A stretch of 63,610 bases of DNA, the filler included, from Chiloscyllium plagiosum (lineage: Eukaryota): the NCBI RefSeq assembly GCF_004010195.1. It is 4 parts of one record of this genome, joined end to end, with 100 filler letters (N's around TTAATTAATTAA, not from the genome) between each part and the next. Parts side by side here need not be neighbours in the genome. Positions count along the whole stretch, not along the records: positions 11,645 to 42,894 come from NC_057713.1; 3 more parts are not named here. One strand, written 5' to 3'. Position 1 is the first letter of the stretch. Each line of letters opens with the position of its first letter. The notes below the pieces were generated by a model. That model worked only from the letters and a program-made list of their open reading frames with translations, was not told the DNA's origin and did no database searches. Shown here piece after piece: positions 11,545 to 23,128 of the stretch. Both the position numbers and the translations under genes were made by a program.

Positions 11545-11644
11545 NNNNNNNNNNNNNNNNNNNNNNNNNNNNNNNNNNNNNNNNNNNNTTAATTAATTAA
11601 NNNNNNNNNNNNNNNNNNNNNNNNNNNNNNNNNNNNNNNNNNNN
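11545..11644. other. Assembly gap with artificial TTAATTAATTAA linker (also 42895-42994 and 55906-56005)
   Basis: The same 44N + 12-mer + 44N structure occurs three times; the 12-mer has stop codons in all six frames. Confidence 0.95.
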
Positions 11645-12900
11645 GCAAATTTCCCTGCCAGTATATTACTCCCCTTCCAATTCAGGAGCAATGCATCCTT
11701 CTTGTACAGGTCACTTCTACCCCAGAAGAGATTCCAATGATTCAAAAATGTGAATCCTTCTCCCATACACCAGCTCCTCAGCCATACATTCATCTGCTCT
11801 TATTCATCTGCTCTCATCCTCCTATTCCTACCCTCACTAGCTCGTAGCACTGGGAGTAATCCAGATATCACTACTCTCATGGACTTCCTTTTTAAATTCC
11901 CGCCTAACTCTCTATATTCTTCCTTCAGAATCTCATCCTTTTCCCTTCCTATGTCATTGGCTCCAAAGTGTACTCTGACCTCCTGCTGGTCCCTCTCCCC
12001 CTTGAGAATTTCTGCAGTCTCTCTGAGACGTCCTTGATTCTGGCTCCAAGGAAGTAACACACCATTCTGATTTTTCGCTGCTGGCCACACAACATCTGTC
12101 TTTGCCTCGGACTAGAGAGTCCCCTAACACAATCGATCTCTTAGAACCTGACGTACCCCTCATTGCATTAGAGCCTGTCTTGATACCAGAAACTTGGCTG
12201 TTCGTCCTACGTTCCCCTGAGAATCCATCACCCCCTAAATACTTGTTTGAAATGGGGATATCTACAGAAGACTCCTGCACTACCTGCCTATCCCTCCTAC
12301 CTTTCCTGGAGTTAACCCTATGTGACTGTAACTATGCCTTTACCGCCCCCCCCATGTTTGAAATGGGGATATCTACAGAAGACTCCTGCACTACCTGCCT
12401 ATCCCTCCTACCTTTCCTGGAGTTAACCCATCTATGTGACTGTAACTATGCCTTTACCCCCCCTTCCTATAACTGCCATCCATCACATCCCCTTGCTCTT
12501 GTAATTTCCTCATGGCCTCTAACTGTCGCTCCAACCAATCCATTCAATCTGATAGGATTCGCAACCAACGGCATTTGCTGCAGATATAATCCTCAGAAAC
12601 CTGTCAACTCTCCCTGAACTCCCACATCCGACAGGAAGAGCATATCACTCGACTAAGGGCCATTTTTGCTTCTTCCAATCTACAGACCCAGAAAATAGCA
12701 GCCAAATACAAAACACTGCTCCAGGCTAACTGAATACTTATGGCTTATATTTATAAGTTTAATCAAGAGACATATCTCAATAAAATATATAATCAAGAAA
12801 GAACCCACTCTACTCACTGTTGTAGATTTACAGCAAAGGCTATACTTAAAACTATTTACTTATCTGTTTCTGTGCTGTGAGCTCCCCCAAACTGGTTCAT
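11645..12900 (-). mobile_element. CR1 LINE ORF1 (SGNH-esterase-like) and 5' UTR remnant
   Basis: IVLGDSLVRG, VHFGANDIGR, VVISGLLPV and WLRSWC..EGF.FL.HW..FW.R.DLY motifs. Confidence 0.9.
12244..12465. repeat. Local tandem duplication (111-bp period) within CR1 ORF1
   Basis: TGTTTGAAATGGGGATATCTACAGAAGAC... starts at both 12244 and 12355; copies nearly identical. Confidence 0.9.
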
Positions 12901-12904
12901 CCAA

Positions 12905-13160
12905 AGCCATTCCATACACATACCACCCTCTGCGTGAAAACATTGCCCCTTAAGTCTCTTTTATATCTTTCCCCTCTCACCCTAAACCTATGCCCTCTCG
13001 TTCTGGACTCCCACACCCCAGGGAAAAGACTTTGTCTATTTACCCTATCCATGCCCCTCATGATTTTATAAACCTCTATAAGGTCACCCCTCAGCCTCCA
13101 ACGCTCCAGGGAAAACAGTCCCAGCCTGTTCAACCTCTCCCTATAGCTCAAATCCTCCAA
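12905..13160 (-). mobile_element. CR1 (HER1-like) ORF2 C-terminal fragment
   Basis: LSYRERLNRLGLFSLE..RLRGDLIEVYKIM motif. Confidence 0.9.
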
Positions 13161-14070
13161 CGTCCTTGTAACTCTTTTTCGTGGGAGGACGGGCTCTTTT
13201 GATCGCCCTCACTTACTCTTCTAATGGGTGTAACCCGGTTTTGTTGACTCTATAAGCCAAGTAGATTACTTGGGGTGCCTGGAACACACATTGTTCCTGT
13301 CTGAGGCACAAGCCCGCCTGGGAAAAACATTTAAGCACAATGTCCAAGTTCTTCAAGTGCTCTTTGCTGGTCTTCCCTGTTATTAGCACAGCATCCAGAT
13401 CAATAACAACCTTGTAGTCCTTGTAAGATGTTTTCCTTAGTCTGTTGGAAAAGTGTGCAGGCCGAGAATACCCTGAATGGTCAGTCTTGTACATTGGTAT
13501 AAACCCTTATGGGTAATAACTTCTGGGACTCCTCATCCAGTCACAATTGCAGATAAGTGTGGCTCATGTTCAGCTTCATAAAGGACAGCCCTTCCTCCCT
13601 GCCAACTTTGCATAAAAGTCCTCCATGCGTGGCACTGGGTACCTACCCAGCTGTGAGAAACGGATTACCGTTTGCTTAAAATCCCCACAAAGACAAACTG
13701 AGCCACCAGACTTCACAATCGGTGTGACTGGTGCTGCCCATTCCTCAAACTGCACTGGAATTCTGCAAATGGATGATTCCTTCACTCTCCAGCCTCCCGG
13801 TTCCCACTTCTACATTTGGCCCCAAGGCAAGTGGAATTGTTTCCTGGTCAAAACATGACCCCTTTGATAGTCCCAAGCCCTTCCTGAAAAGCTCTTGGGT
13901 ATTTCACAAGGACTTCACTGAGGAAGCCATTTTCCAATCGGAAAATGTTGAGCCAATCCAAGTGAATTTTCCTCAACCAATTCCGCCCCAATTCTGTCCA
14001 AGCCTTTTCCTACCAACAGTGGTGACTGCACCAACTGCTTCTCTTAGGTGACCGGAACTGAAGCCATATC
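13161..14070 (-). mobile_element. Ty3/Gypsy LTR-retrotransposon pol (RT) remnant
   Basis: WAAPVTPIVK..GSV.LCGDFK.TV, YPVPRMED.YAKLAG, LITG....EHL.NL..VL......GL, YL...V...GLHP motifs; degenerate. Confidence 0.88.
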
Positions 14071-14495
14071 CTTAATCCAGGAAAAGACAGGCAAAGATGG
14101 GAGATGTTCATAGAGGGATTTTCAAAGCTTTGGGCTCAAGTGGCTGAGAGCAGGTCCATCAGTGGGGGACCAATTGAAATCAAGGGTACACAAGAGGTGA
14201 GCATGAAAGGAGTGCAGAGATCTCAGAGGTATCTTGATATTCAATTATGTTACTGTCACTGAATCATCACCACTACCAACATCCTTGGGGTTACCATTGA
14301 TCAGAAACTCAACTGGACTCACCATATAAATACAATGGCTACAAAAGCAGTCAGAGGCTAGGAATACTGAGGTGAGTAAGTCACCTCCTGACTCCCCAGA
14401 GCCTGTCCACCATCTCCAAGGCACAAGTCAGGAATGTGATGGAATATTCCCCACTTGCCTGGATGGGGGCAGCTCCAACAACACTCAAGAAGCTT

Positions 14496-14621
14496 AGAAC
14501 ATACAACATAGAACAATACGACCGTTGGTGATTAAAGGGTGAGTATTTATACTCACAGTTCTCCTTCCCGGCTGCCCCTCTGTTTGCCGTCACTTCCTCT
14601 GCTGCTCCCGCTCTTTTTGTG
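14496..14621 (-). mobile_element. Collapsed CR1-like element (5'-UTR-like segment joined to the 3' tail)
   Basis: TSD AAGAAGCTT at 14487-14495 and 14622-14630; the left end is the reverse complement of the (TTCTATG)n tail. Confidence 0.6.
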
Positions 14622-14943
14622 AAGAAGCTTGACACCATCCAGGACAAAGCAGCCGCTTGATTGGCCCCACATCCAAACACCTCCACTCCCACCAACACTG
14701 ACGCTCAGTAGCAGCAGTGAGTACTATCAACAAGATGCACTGCAGCAATTCTCAAAGATCCTCAGGCATCACCTTCCAAACCCATAACCACTTCCATTTG
14801 GAAGGACAAGGGCAGCAGATACATGGGAACACCACCCTCTGAAAGTTCTCCCTCAAGTCACTCAACATCTTGACTTGGAAATATATCGCTGTTCCTACAC
14901 TGTCGCTGGGTCAGAATCCTGGAATTCCCCCCTTAAGGGCATT

Positions 14944-15581
14944 GGGTCAGGTACGTTTTGGCGCCGATCATTTGGCCCCACCGTTTTGGCTCTAAACTGT
15001 TTTGGCGCTCATTACTTTGGCGCTGAGCTGTTTTGGTGCCAATTCAGAATAAAACAAAGTCTTGTTTGGTTAAAGAAAAGAGGATGCTGAAAATGTGTTG
15101 CTGGAAAAGCACAGCAGGTCAGACAGCATCCAGGGAACAGGAGAATCGACGTTTCGGGCATGAGCTCTTCTTCAGGAAAGAGGATGACTAACGACCCGAT
15201 GTAATTTTCTCAACTAGCAAGAGTTGATAGTCAAAGCTGTAATGACCCGCTGTAGATTCAAATCTTGTTTTGTAATCATTTTCTCATTTAACAATTGTTA
15301 ATAATCATTTACTGCCTTGATGATACTTAAGCCCTTTTGTCTTGACATTGGAAAACTGTAATACAATTTTCTTTCTATTTTCTTGTCGAGCCCATATCAG
15401 AAATTGCTGAAAACATTCTAAGCAAGAGAGACAAACCAAAATTTTCACACGATGGTTATCTGTATGTATCGGTGCCAAAACAGCTCAGCGTCAAAGTAAT
15501 GAGCGCCAAAACAGTTTAGAGCCAAAACGGCGGGACCAAATGATTGGTGCCAAAAGGGCGGGGCCAAATAGTCCCATTCCG
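14944..15581 (+). mobile_element. Non-autonomous Mutator/Phantom-like foldback DNA transposon
   Basis: ~85-bp inverted repeats built of TTTTGGCGCC-like units (14953-15040 and 15468-15555); imperfect 9-bp TSD AAGGGCATT/AAGGACGTT; FLYWCH-like peptide at 15394-15468. Confidence 0.75.
15087..15176 (-). mobile_element. PLE pLTR (family A) fragment with hammerhead core, inside the DNA transposon
   Basis: TSD AAAGAGGATG at 15077-15086 and 15177-15186; minus strand CUGAAGA-A-GAGC ucau GCCC-GAAACGUC. Confidence 0.85.
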
Positions 15582-16229
15582 AAGGACGTTGTGCGTCTAC
15601 CTACTGCACATGGATGGATGGCAGTGGTTCAAGAAGGCAGCTCACCCCCACCTTCTCAAGGGGCAATTCGGGACGGGTAATAAATACAGGGCCCAGCCAG
15701 TGATGCCCTTGTCCCACAAATGAAGAAAAAAATATATAGAGCTGGAGCAGATTACAATAGAGGGGTTTGCGAACAAGGTTTAGAATTATACAAATAAAAC
15801 AAACATTTTCTCTTTTGTATTAGAGATTTTCAACATCTACTCTAGTTTCTCAACTTGGAACTGTTTGTAACTGTCACAGATCGAACCTTAATTCTTGAGA
15901 TAAAACTGTTTGACATGAAGTTGTGAAATCTCATTAAAATGGAGAATACTGCTGGACTTCTGTGTGAGCGGTGACAGCTCAGCTTTCTCTATGATGAGTC
16001 CCAACATACACACTGCTTGGCTCCAGTGTTTGTGACATTATTTCAGCAGGTTTGAGCGTATTAGATCCCATTTGTAACCCTGCTTGTTTTATTTATTGTC
16101 TGTGAGATAATCCTTTGATGAGCTGGTGCTTCAGTGATTCTTGCGCCATATTGCCTGAAATTCACTTGTGCTGGCTCAGTACCCAGCTTTTCATAGCTGT
16201 CTGGAAACACCACTTCAGAAAAGGTAGTT

Positions 16230-17145
16230 CTTAGAAACAGAGAAACTAGGAGCAGGAGGAGGCTATTCCGACCTTTGAACCTGCTCCACCATTTAATAGA
16301 ATCATGGGTGATCATCAACACAGTTCCCTGTTCCTGCTTTCTCCCCAATACCCTTTGATACCTTTAGCCCTAAGAACTGTAGCTAACTCCTTTTTAAAAA
16401 CATTCAATATTTTGGCTTTCCATGGCAGAGAATTCCATAGGTTCCCCCACTCACTGAGATTTCTCCTCATCTCAGCCCGAAATGGCCCACCCCGTATCCT
16501 TGGTCTGTGACTCCCTGGTTCTGGACTCCCTGGTCATCGGGAACATCCTTCCCTGTCTAGTCCAGTTGGAATTGAATTGACCTCAAAAGGTGTCCCGTCA
16601 ATCTCTGATGTTCTGGTGAAACAAATCACAACCTATTCAGGCTCTCCCTACAGCTGAAAGCCTTCATTCCTGGCAACATTCTTGTAAATCTTTCCCGCAC
16701 TCTCTCAAATTTAACATCCTTCGTGTGGAAGGGTGACCAGAATTGTATGCAATATTCTAAAAGTGGCCTCACTAATATCCTGTACAGCCACAATGTGATG
16801 TCCCAACTCCTGTACTCAATATTCTGACCAATGAAGGCAAATGTACCAAATGTCTTCTTCACTACCTGTGACTCCACTTCATAGGAACTATGCACCTGCC
16901 CCACCCCCCCATCCCCACTCCCCCCCCCCAGTGTCTCTTTGTTTGGCAACATTCCCCAGGACACCACCACTAAGTGCAAGTTTGCCTGCCCTAGTTTGCC
17001 TCACAAAATGCAACACCTCACATTTATCTAAACTAAACTCCATCTGAGGGGTATGGGCTAATGGAACTAGATTAAGTTAGGATATCTGGTTGGCATGAAC
17101 AGGTTGGACCAAAGGGTCTATTTCTGTGCTGTACGCCTCTACAAC
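16230..17145 (-). mobile_element. Cluster of CR1 3' fragments (mostly minus strand, short plus-strand tail at 17047-17145)
   Basis: [19 protein letters not shown] and ERV..RFTRMLPG motifs with typical tails. Confidence 0.8.
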
Positions 17146-17154
17146 TCTGTTTAT

Positions 17155-17370
17155 CCCAGACTAATGCACTTAACCTGCACATCCTTGAACACAAAGGGAC
17201 AATTAAGCATAGCCAATTCACCCTTATCTGCACATCTCTGGACTGTGGGAGGAAACCCACGCAGACACATGGAGAATGTGAAACTCCACACAGACAGTCA
17301 CCCAAGGCTGGAATTGAACCTGGGTCCCTAGTGCTGTGGGGCAGCAGTGCTAACCGCCGAACAACTGTGT
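17155..17370 (-). mobile_element. HE1-like V-SINE
   Basis: Reverse complement of the tRNA head and V-domain. Confidence 0.8.
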
Positions 17371-17394
17371 CACACTAAGAATGTTGAGACATGA

Positions 17395-17990
17395 CTTAAC
17401 TGAGACATACAAGATAATCAGAGGGTTAGATTGGATGGACATTGAGAACCTTCTCCCTCAGATGGCGATGGCTAGCTTTAAATAGGTTCTTTACTCAGTA
17501 GTAGGGGTGTGGAACACACTGTCTGCAACAGAAGCAGACTTGTTAACTTTCAGGGCACTTCAATGATCATTGGATAAACATATGGATGATAATGGAATAG
17601 TGTAGGATAGATGGGGTTCAGGTTAGTTCCACAGGTCGGTGCAACATTGAGGGCTGAAGAGCCTGTACTGCTCTGTAATGTTCTATGTTCTATGCCACTC
17701 CTGAGTTTCTCCAGCACTTTCTGTTTTAATTTCAGATTTCCAGCATCTGGATTACTTTGCTTTTATTCCTAACATATTTAGCTTCTACAGTACTGTCTAC
17801 AACCTGGAAATATATCGCTGTTACTTCACTGTCACTAGGTCAAAAACCTGGAGTACTCTCCCTAAGGACATTGTTGGTCTCCACAGTACAGGGACTGCAG
17901 CGGTTCAAGAAGGCAGCTCACTCCCACCTTCTCAAGGGGCAACTGGGGACGGGCAATAAATACTGGGACAGGCCCACGTCATGTGGGGGG
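17395..17990 (+). mobile_element. CR1 3' end (17395-17692), family C pLTR fragment and CR1/L2-like 3' UTR (17800-17990)
   Basis: GAGGGCTGAAGAGCCTGTACTG..(TTCTATG) tail; GACTGCAGCGGTTCAAGAAGGCAGCTCAC motif. Confidence 0.7.
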
Positions 17991-18634
17991 AGAAACATCA
18001 CAAGAAATGGCCATGGTCATGAATCTCGAATCCCAGCTCTAAACAAATGACACAGATGAGAGTGTGCCGTCAGGTGGTCTCAGTTTGTTGTGGAACTGAA
18101 TCCCTGAGATTATGTTCCCAGCTTCCCGTTATTGCAGTAATCTGTCAATCTCATACACAGTTCAATCTGGAAGGTGTGCTGATGCAGTTTCACCCCTTGT
18201 TTTGAAATGAGGTGTTTGCACTAAATATTTGATGCACTCGGCAAACATCAGATGATAGCATGCAGAAATATTTCTGGATCATTATATCATCTCGAGGCTC
18301 ATTTTAGAGCCAGGAAGGCATTACCATGAAAATAAAAATATTCCATGCATAATGCATGATGAACAATAATAAGCCTCTGTCTTTCCTTGTTCTTTGCTTC
18401 TATTTCTGCCAGCCAGGAGGAAGGAGCTCCTTTCACTTAAGTAGAATAGATGCCATCCTCCAGAGTACTGCTGCCCAGGACACAACTCACCCTGAACCCC
18501 ATCAACCCACCATGTTGGCTCTCAGTGCAAGAACCAACCGTCATTGGCTTGATCATTCCCTACCACCATACAATCTTGCTTCCCCTACAACCTTCTCTGT
18601 ACTCTGCCCATTCTATCCTCTTTTTCAGATTGGC

Positions 18635-19160
18635 CACCCGAGGGCACAGCCTTACAGTTAAGGGAAGACCTCTCAGAATGAAGATGAGGAGAAACGTCTT
18701 CAGATAGAGAGTGGTGAATCTATGGAATTCGCTGTCACAGAAGGCCAGATCTTTGAGTATATCTAAGACGGAGATAGATAGGTTCTTGATTGTCAAGTGG
18801 TTACGGGGAGAAAAGGGGAGAATGGGGTTGAGAAACTTCTCAGCCATGCTTGAAATGCGGAGCAGACTCGATGGGCTGAATGGCCTAATTTCTGCTCCTA
18901 TGTCTTATGGTAACTATTGGGTAGCACAGAGATCAGTGCCAGGACCACAACTCTGTACAGTATATATTAATGACTTGATAGAAGGAAATGAATGTACTTG
19001 GCCAAATTTGCAGACAACACAAAAATAGGTGGAATGGCAAGTTGTGAGAGGATGGGGGTAATGAACAGGAATTTCAGGTCAGCCATGATCATTTTGAATG
19101 GTGGACCAATTCGAGGGGCTGAATGGCCTATTCCTGCTCCAATATCTCATGGTCTTAAAC
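18635..19160 (+). mobile_element. CR1 fragments
   Basis: VVNLWNSL..K.EIDRFL and AKFAD.TKIGG motifs. Confidence 0.75.
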
Positions 19161-19395
19161 TTGCATTCCTTATCTGGCCTGGCCTATATTAACAGCAACA
19201 TTGACTCTTAACCACCATGAAATGGTGTCCAAAACAGTTTCAGATTTAATTAAGAGATGAACAATGATGCTGGCCCAGCCGATGACAACCACATTCTAAA
19301 AAACAAATAAAGAGAAGAGCCCTAATGGTGAAGTTAGTTAAATCTTTATTATTTTGGACAATTGACTCAAATAACACAGATTTTGTTCAGCAACT

Positions 19396-19620
19396 TGCAA
19401 TAACCACACAGAGGCTGGTATCCCATCACCAAGTCTCCCTTTATCTACACATGGAGAGTCCTTGACACTGATCCAGCTCTCTCAGAGCCAGCTCTCAGAG
19501 TGAGCAGAACCCCTGACACTCCTTTTATATCTGTCAGCCAGGGCTCCCTGATTGAGACCAAATCAGGGAACTCATATTCTATGAGGTCCACCTGTCTGAC
19601 CTCATTCTAGTCACTCCACA
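19396..19620 (-). mobile_element. Probable solo LTR (Gypsy-type)
   Basis: TG...CA termini; on the minus strand a TATA-like GATATAAAAGG is followed by a polyA-like AGATAAA. No clean TSD. Confidence 0.5.
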
Positions 19621-20039
19621 ACTAAGGAGCTTTATTGATTTCTAATTGTTAAAAAAAATGGCATTGGAGACAAAGGAAAGGAGTGCAAAACTGATCACAC
19701 CATGTTGAATTCAGAATGCAAATATCTCTGATAGAAAAAGCAAAGTGAGTGGGAATGTCATGGCAGCCATCTTTGATGCAGTCAAAAATTCAATGGCATT
19801 TATTGATTGAAGCTGCTTTGAGAACAGTCCTTTGGAAACCCTCTGACCACATTGAGAAAGGAATATTGTCAATATCCCAAAGAAGATGGAAATCCACATT
19901 TCAAACAAGAGAAACATCAACAGCTTCCAACTTTAGTATTACAACAATTGTTAAATGATTAAAGCATACAACAGGACAACGCAGCGAGTAGTGTCCAAGA
20001 AGATCAAAACTCCGATCATGATTTTCTACATCATTTGTT

Positions 20040-20236
20040 GGTTAGCTCAGTCAGCTGGCCAGTTTGTTTGTGGGTTCAAATCCTGGACTGGCTGAGGTTA
20101 CCATGAGGGACTCTCCTTCTCAACCGCTCCCCTTGCCTGGGGCATGGTGACCCTCAGGTGAAACCATCACCAGCCACCTCACTCTGTATTGGGAGAACAG
20201 CTCCATAGTCTGGTAGGACTGTGGTGACTTTACCCT
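20040..20236 (+). mobile_element. tRNA-derived SINE, non-HE1 family (further copies at 22684-22845 + and ~54630-54800 -)
   Basis: TAGCTCAGT A box and GGTTCAAATCC B box; shared body CTGAGGTTACCATGA..CTCTCCTTCTCAACC..GTGACCCTCAGG. Confidence 0.65.
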
Positions 20237-21199
20237 TTTTTTTAGGCACTTGAAACTGGTCCTTCTAATCCAGGGGTAGGGACTCTTTGCCATAGGAGAA
20301 CCTCAAAGGTTCCACTTTTTTTCTAAACTCTGCACTACAAGAGCCCTCCTTGGGTCTTTTAAAAAATATTTACCTTATATTACTAATCAACCCATTCAGA
20401 GATGTTATTACACTCCTCTGGAACAGGTGGGACTTGAATCAAAGCCTCCCAGACCAGGAGTAGGGGCACTATCACTGCACCGCAAGAGGGCCCCTTCTGG
20501 GTTAACTTTTTATTTTATTAATAGAGCCACTATTCATAGTGTACAGAAGCTACTCCCAGGCCAGACCTTTACCATTTAAATCAAGGAAATTATAAACAAC
20601 GTCAAGTGCCAATCATCAATCAGCCATTGCAACAAAATTCATCTGGAGCAATCTTTCAGCCAAAGAAATTCCAGATCAGCAAATGGGCAAATATGAAAAG
20701 CACAATTCCAAAGATTTCAAATAGCCTCAGGATTGTATCTCGAATCAAATGCAGAACAGGTTAGCACACTCCTCAGAAGAGGGGGGGAGAGCATCCAATC
20801 ACCAACACCAACAACACACCAATGAGAAATCATCGAAAATTAAGACCTGTGGATATCTCAAATTGCTGGAGAAACTCAGCGGGTCTGGCAGCAGCTATGG
20901 AAAGAGAAACAGAGGTAATGTTTTGAGTCCAATCGCTGGAAGGGTCACTTGGTTTGGAATGTTAGCTCTGCTTTCTCTCCACAGATCCTCCCAGAAACAA
21001 ATTACGTTAGACTTCCTAATAATGCTTTTTATCAACATTACCCTTCAAGACACTGCCTTGTTCCAGCTTCAATAGCAGAGACCAACTCCCAAGAGAGTCT
21101 ATATATAGCTTCATTAATGACCTGCATTTACTATCTGAGCCATGCAATGACAGAGAGTTATGATGAGAACTCATTCATGACAGAAATGCCATTGGTTCT

Positions 21200-21458
21200 T
21201 AGGTTAAAGGGACCTGAGGGACAACGTTTTCATGGATACAGTGGTTCGCATGTGGAATGAACTGCCAGAGGAAGTGGTAGATACAGGCACAATTACAACC
21301 TTTGAAAGACAATTGGACAGGTACATGAATAGGAAAGGTTTAGAGAGATATGGGTCAAATTCAGGCAAGTGCGATTAGTTTAATTTGAGAAATTTGTTTG
21401 GCTTGTATGGGTTGGTCTGAGGGGTCTATTTCAGCTCTGCATGACTATATGACTCTAT
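21200..21458 (+). mobile_element. CR1 (HER1-like) 3' end
   Basis: TGGAATGAACTGCCAGAGGAAGTGG...ATGACTCTAT tail. Confidence 0.8.
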
Positions 21459-21594
21459 AAGTAAGATTGGAGCCTGGTTTATCTAAGATTGATGAGATAC
21501 ATGGTGTTAACATACAATAAATAGAATTCTAGACAGAGTTCAAACAGATCTTACCATTACCTTCTCCTTTTTCTTGAACCAGGTGTCTTAGATC

Positions 21595-21870
21595 CAAAAA
21601 CAGAAATTGCTGGAAAAGCTCAGCGGGTCTGGCAGCACCTGTGGAGAGAAATCACAGTTAAAGTTTCGGGTCCAGTGACCCTACCTCAGAATTGGAGTCT
21701 CAGGTATTGGCTTAAAAAGCACACATCAAAGCATAATGTGAAGGTGCCAGTGTTGGACTGGGGTGGACAAAGTGAGAAGTGATGATGCAGGGACAGCGCT
21801 CTGCAAGCTTGTGTGATTTTAAATAAACCTGTTGGGACTACACCCTGATGTTGTGTGGTTTCTGATGACA
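21595..21870. mobile_element. PLE pLTR fragments: family C (21595-21692, minus strand, hammerhead-like core) and family B (21740-21870)
   Basis: Minus strand CUGAGGU-A-GGGUC acug GACCC-GAAACUUUA; family B GTGTTGGACTGGGGTG and AATAAACCTGTTGG motifs. Confidence 0.65.
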
Positions 21871-22844
21871 TCAGTGCAGACAGCATCTTCGAACCCTGAG
21901 GGACAACAGGGCAGCTGGATGGTCACTCAGTGTAGATGTCAGTACCCTCTGAATTGATATCTACCTCTCACACATCAGTCTTTGAGCTACGCATTTAACT
22001 CTCTTAACTTAATTACCTACGCCAATTTGCTCATGGCTCAGGAAGTAATCCAGGGATTATTACCAGGAGGTTGTGTTTTAAATTAAGTCCCCAGCTGCTC
22101 ATGTTTCCACTGCAGAAACTCTTTCCTGGTCTGATTATTTTCTTCATTCAACCAGACGAACTGAGTGCCAGTGGTTAAGACAGCTTTATTGCCCATCCCT
22201 AACTAAGAAGGTAATGGTGGCCCCCTATTTTTGGACCTCTGTGGTGTTTGGAGTGTAGGGTACACCAATAATGCCATGAAGGTGGGCTTTACTGGAAACC
22301 ATGCCGGAACAGTTTCTTGGATCCTATCACCATGGCTACAGAGAAAGGTTTAAACTAAATAGCCAAGGGCTGGGGTGAGGATGATGAGAGATTTAGTAAG
22401 CTAAAGACAAGGAACAAGGTAAAGAGACCAGGTGGCGATATAGGTAACGCCAACCAAAGTGTGACAGAAATGGACACGGCCTATAAACAGGGTGCACCAG
22501 CAAATTGTTTTTATAGCTCCACGGGATGTGGGCATCACTGGCAGGGTCAATGAGCTGAGTGTCCTATTAAGGCATTTCAGGGGCAGTTAATATTGTGGGG
22601 GTCTGGAGTCACATGTAGGCCAGACCAAATAAGAATTGTAGAGTTCCTTTCTAAAGTGAACCAGGCTTATTTTTAAAGAGCTTGGCTAGCTCAGTTGGCT
22701 GGATGGCTAATTTGCAATATAAAGTGACACCAATGGAGCGGATTTAATCCCCACTCCACCTGAGGTTACCATGAAGGGCTCTCCTTCTCAACCTCTCCCT
22801 TCAGCAGAGGAGTAGTGACCCTCAGGAGCCACCAATCATCTCCC

Positions 22845-22857
22845 TCTCTCTCTCTCA

Positions 22858-22888
<31 letters not shown>

Positions 22889-22918
22889 ACTCTCTTTCTC
22901 TCTCTCTCTCTCCCCCTC
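22845..22918. repeat. (CT)n microsatellite
   Basis: Direct reading of the sequence. Confidence 0.9.
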
Positions 22919-23128
22919 ACCTTTAAAAAGCTGATTGTAAACTTTGAAAACACAGGCACACTCATAAACTAAAACAGAAATTGCTGGAAAAGCTCAGCAG
23001 GTCTGGCAGCATCTGTGACGAGAAATCAAAGTTAACGTTTTGGATCTGGTGACCTTTTCTTAGAACAGACAACCTCATGATTAATTTACAGACACTCACA
23101 CACATACACACACATTCATACACACAGT

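Larger units (their letters stand above)
14255..15730 (+). mobile_element. CR1/L2-superfamily LINE 3' part, interrupted by two insertions (14496-14621, 14944-15581)
   Basis: Reads as ILGVTIDQKLNW..H, KAQVRNVMEYSPLAW; 3' UTR is shared with 17800-17990 and 34575-34810. Confidence 0.75.

Noticed and set aside
11589..11600. TTAATTAATTAA motif (also 42939-42950 and 55950-55961)
   Set aside because: It is always centred in 44N + 44N, so it is an artificial scaffold linker.
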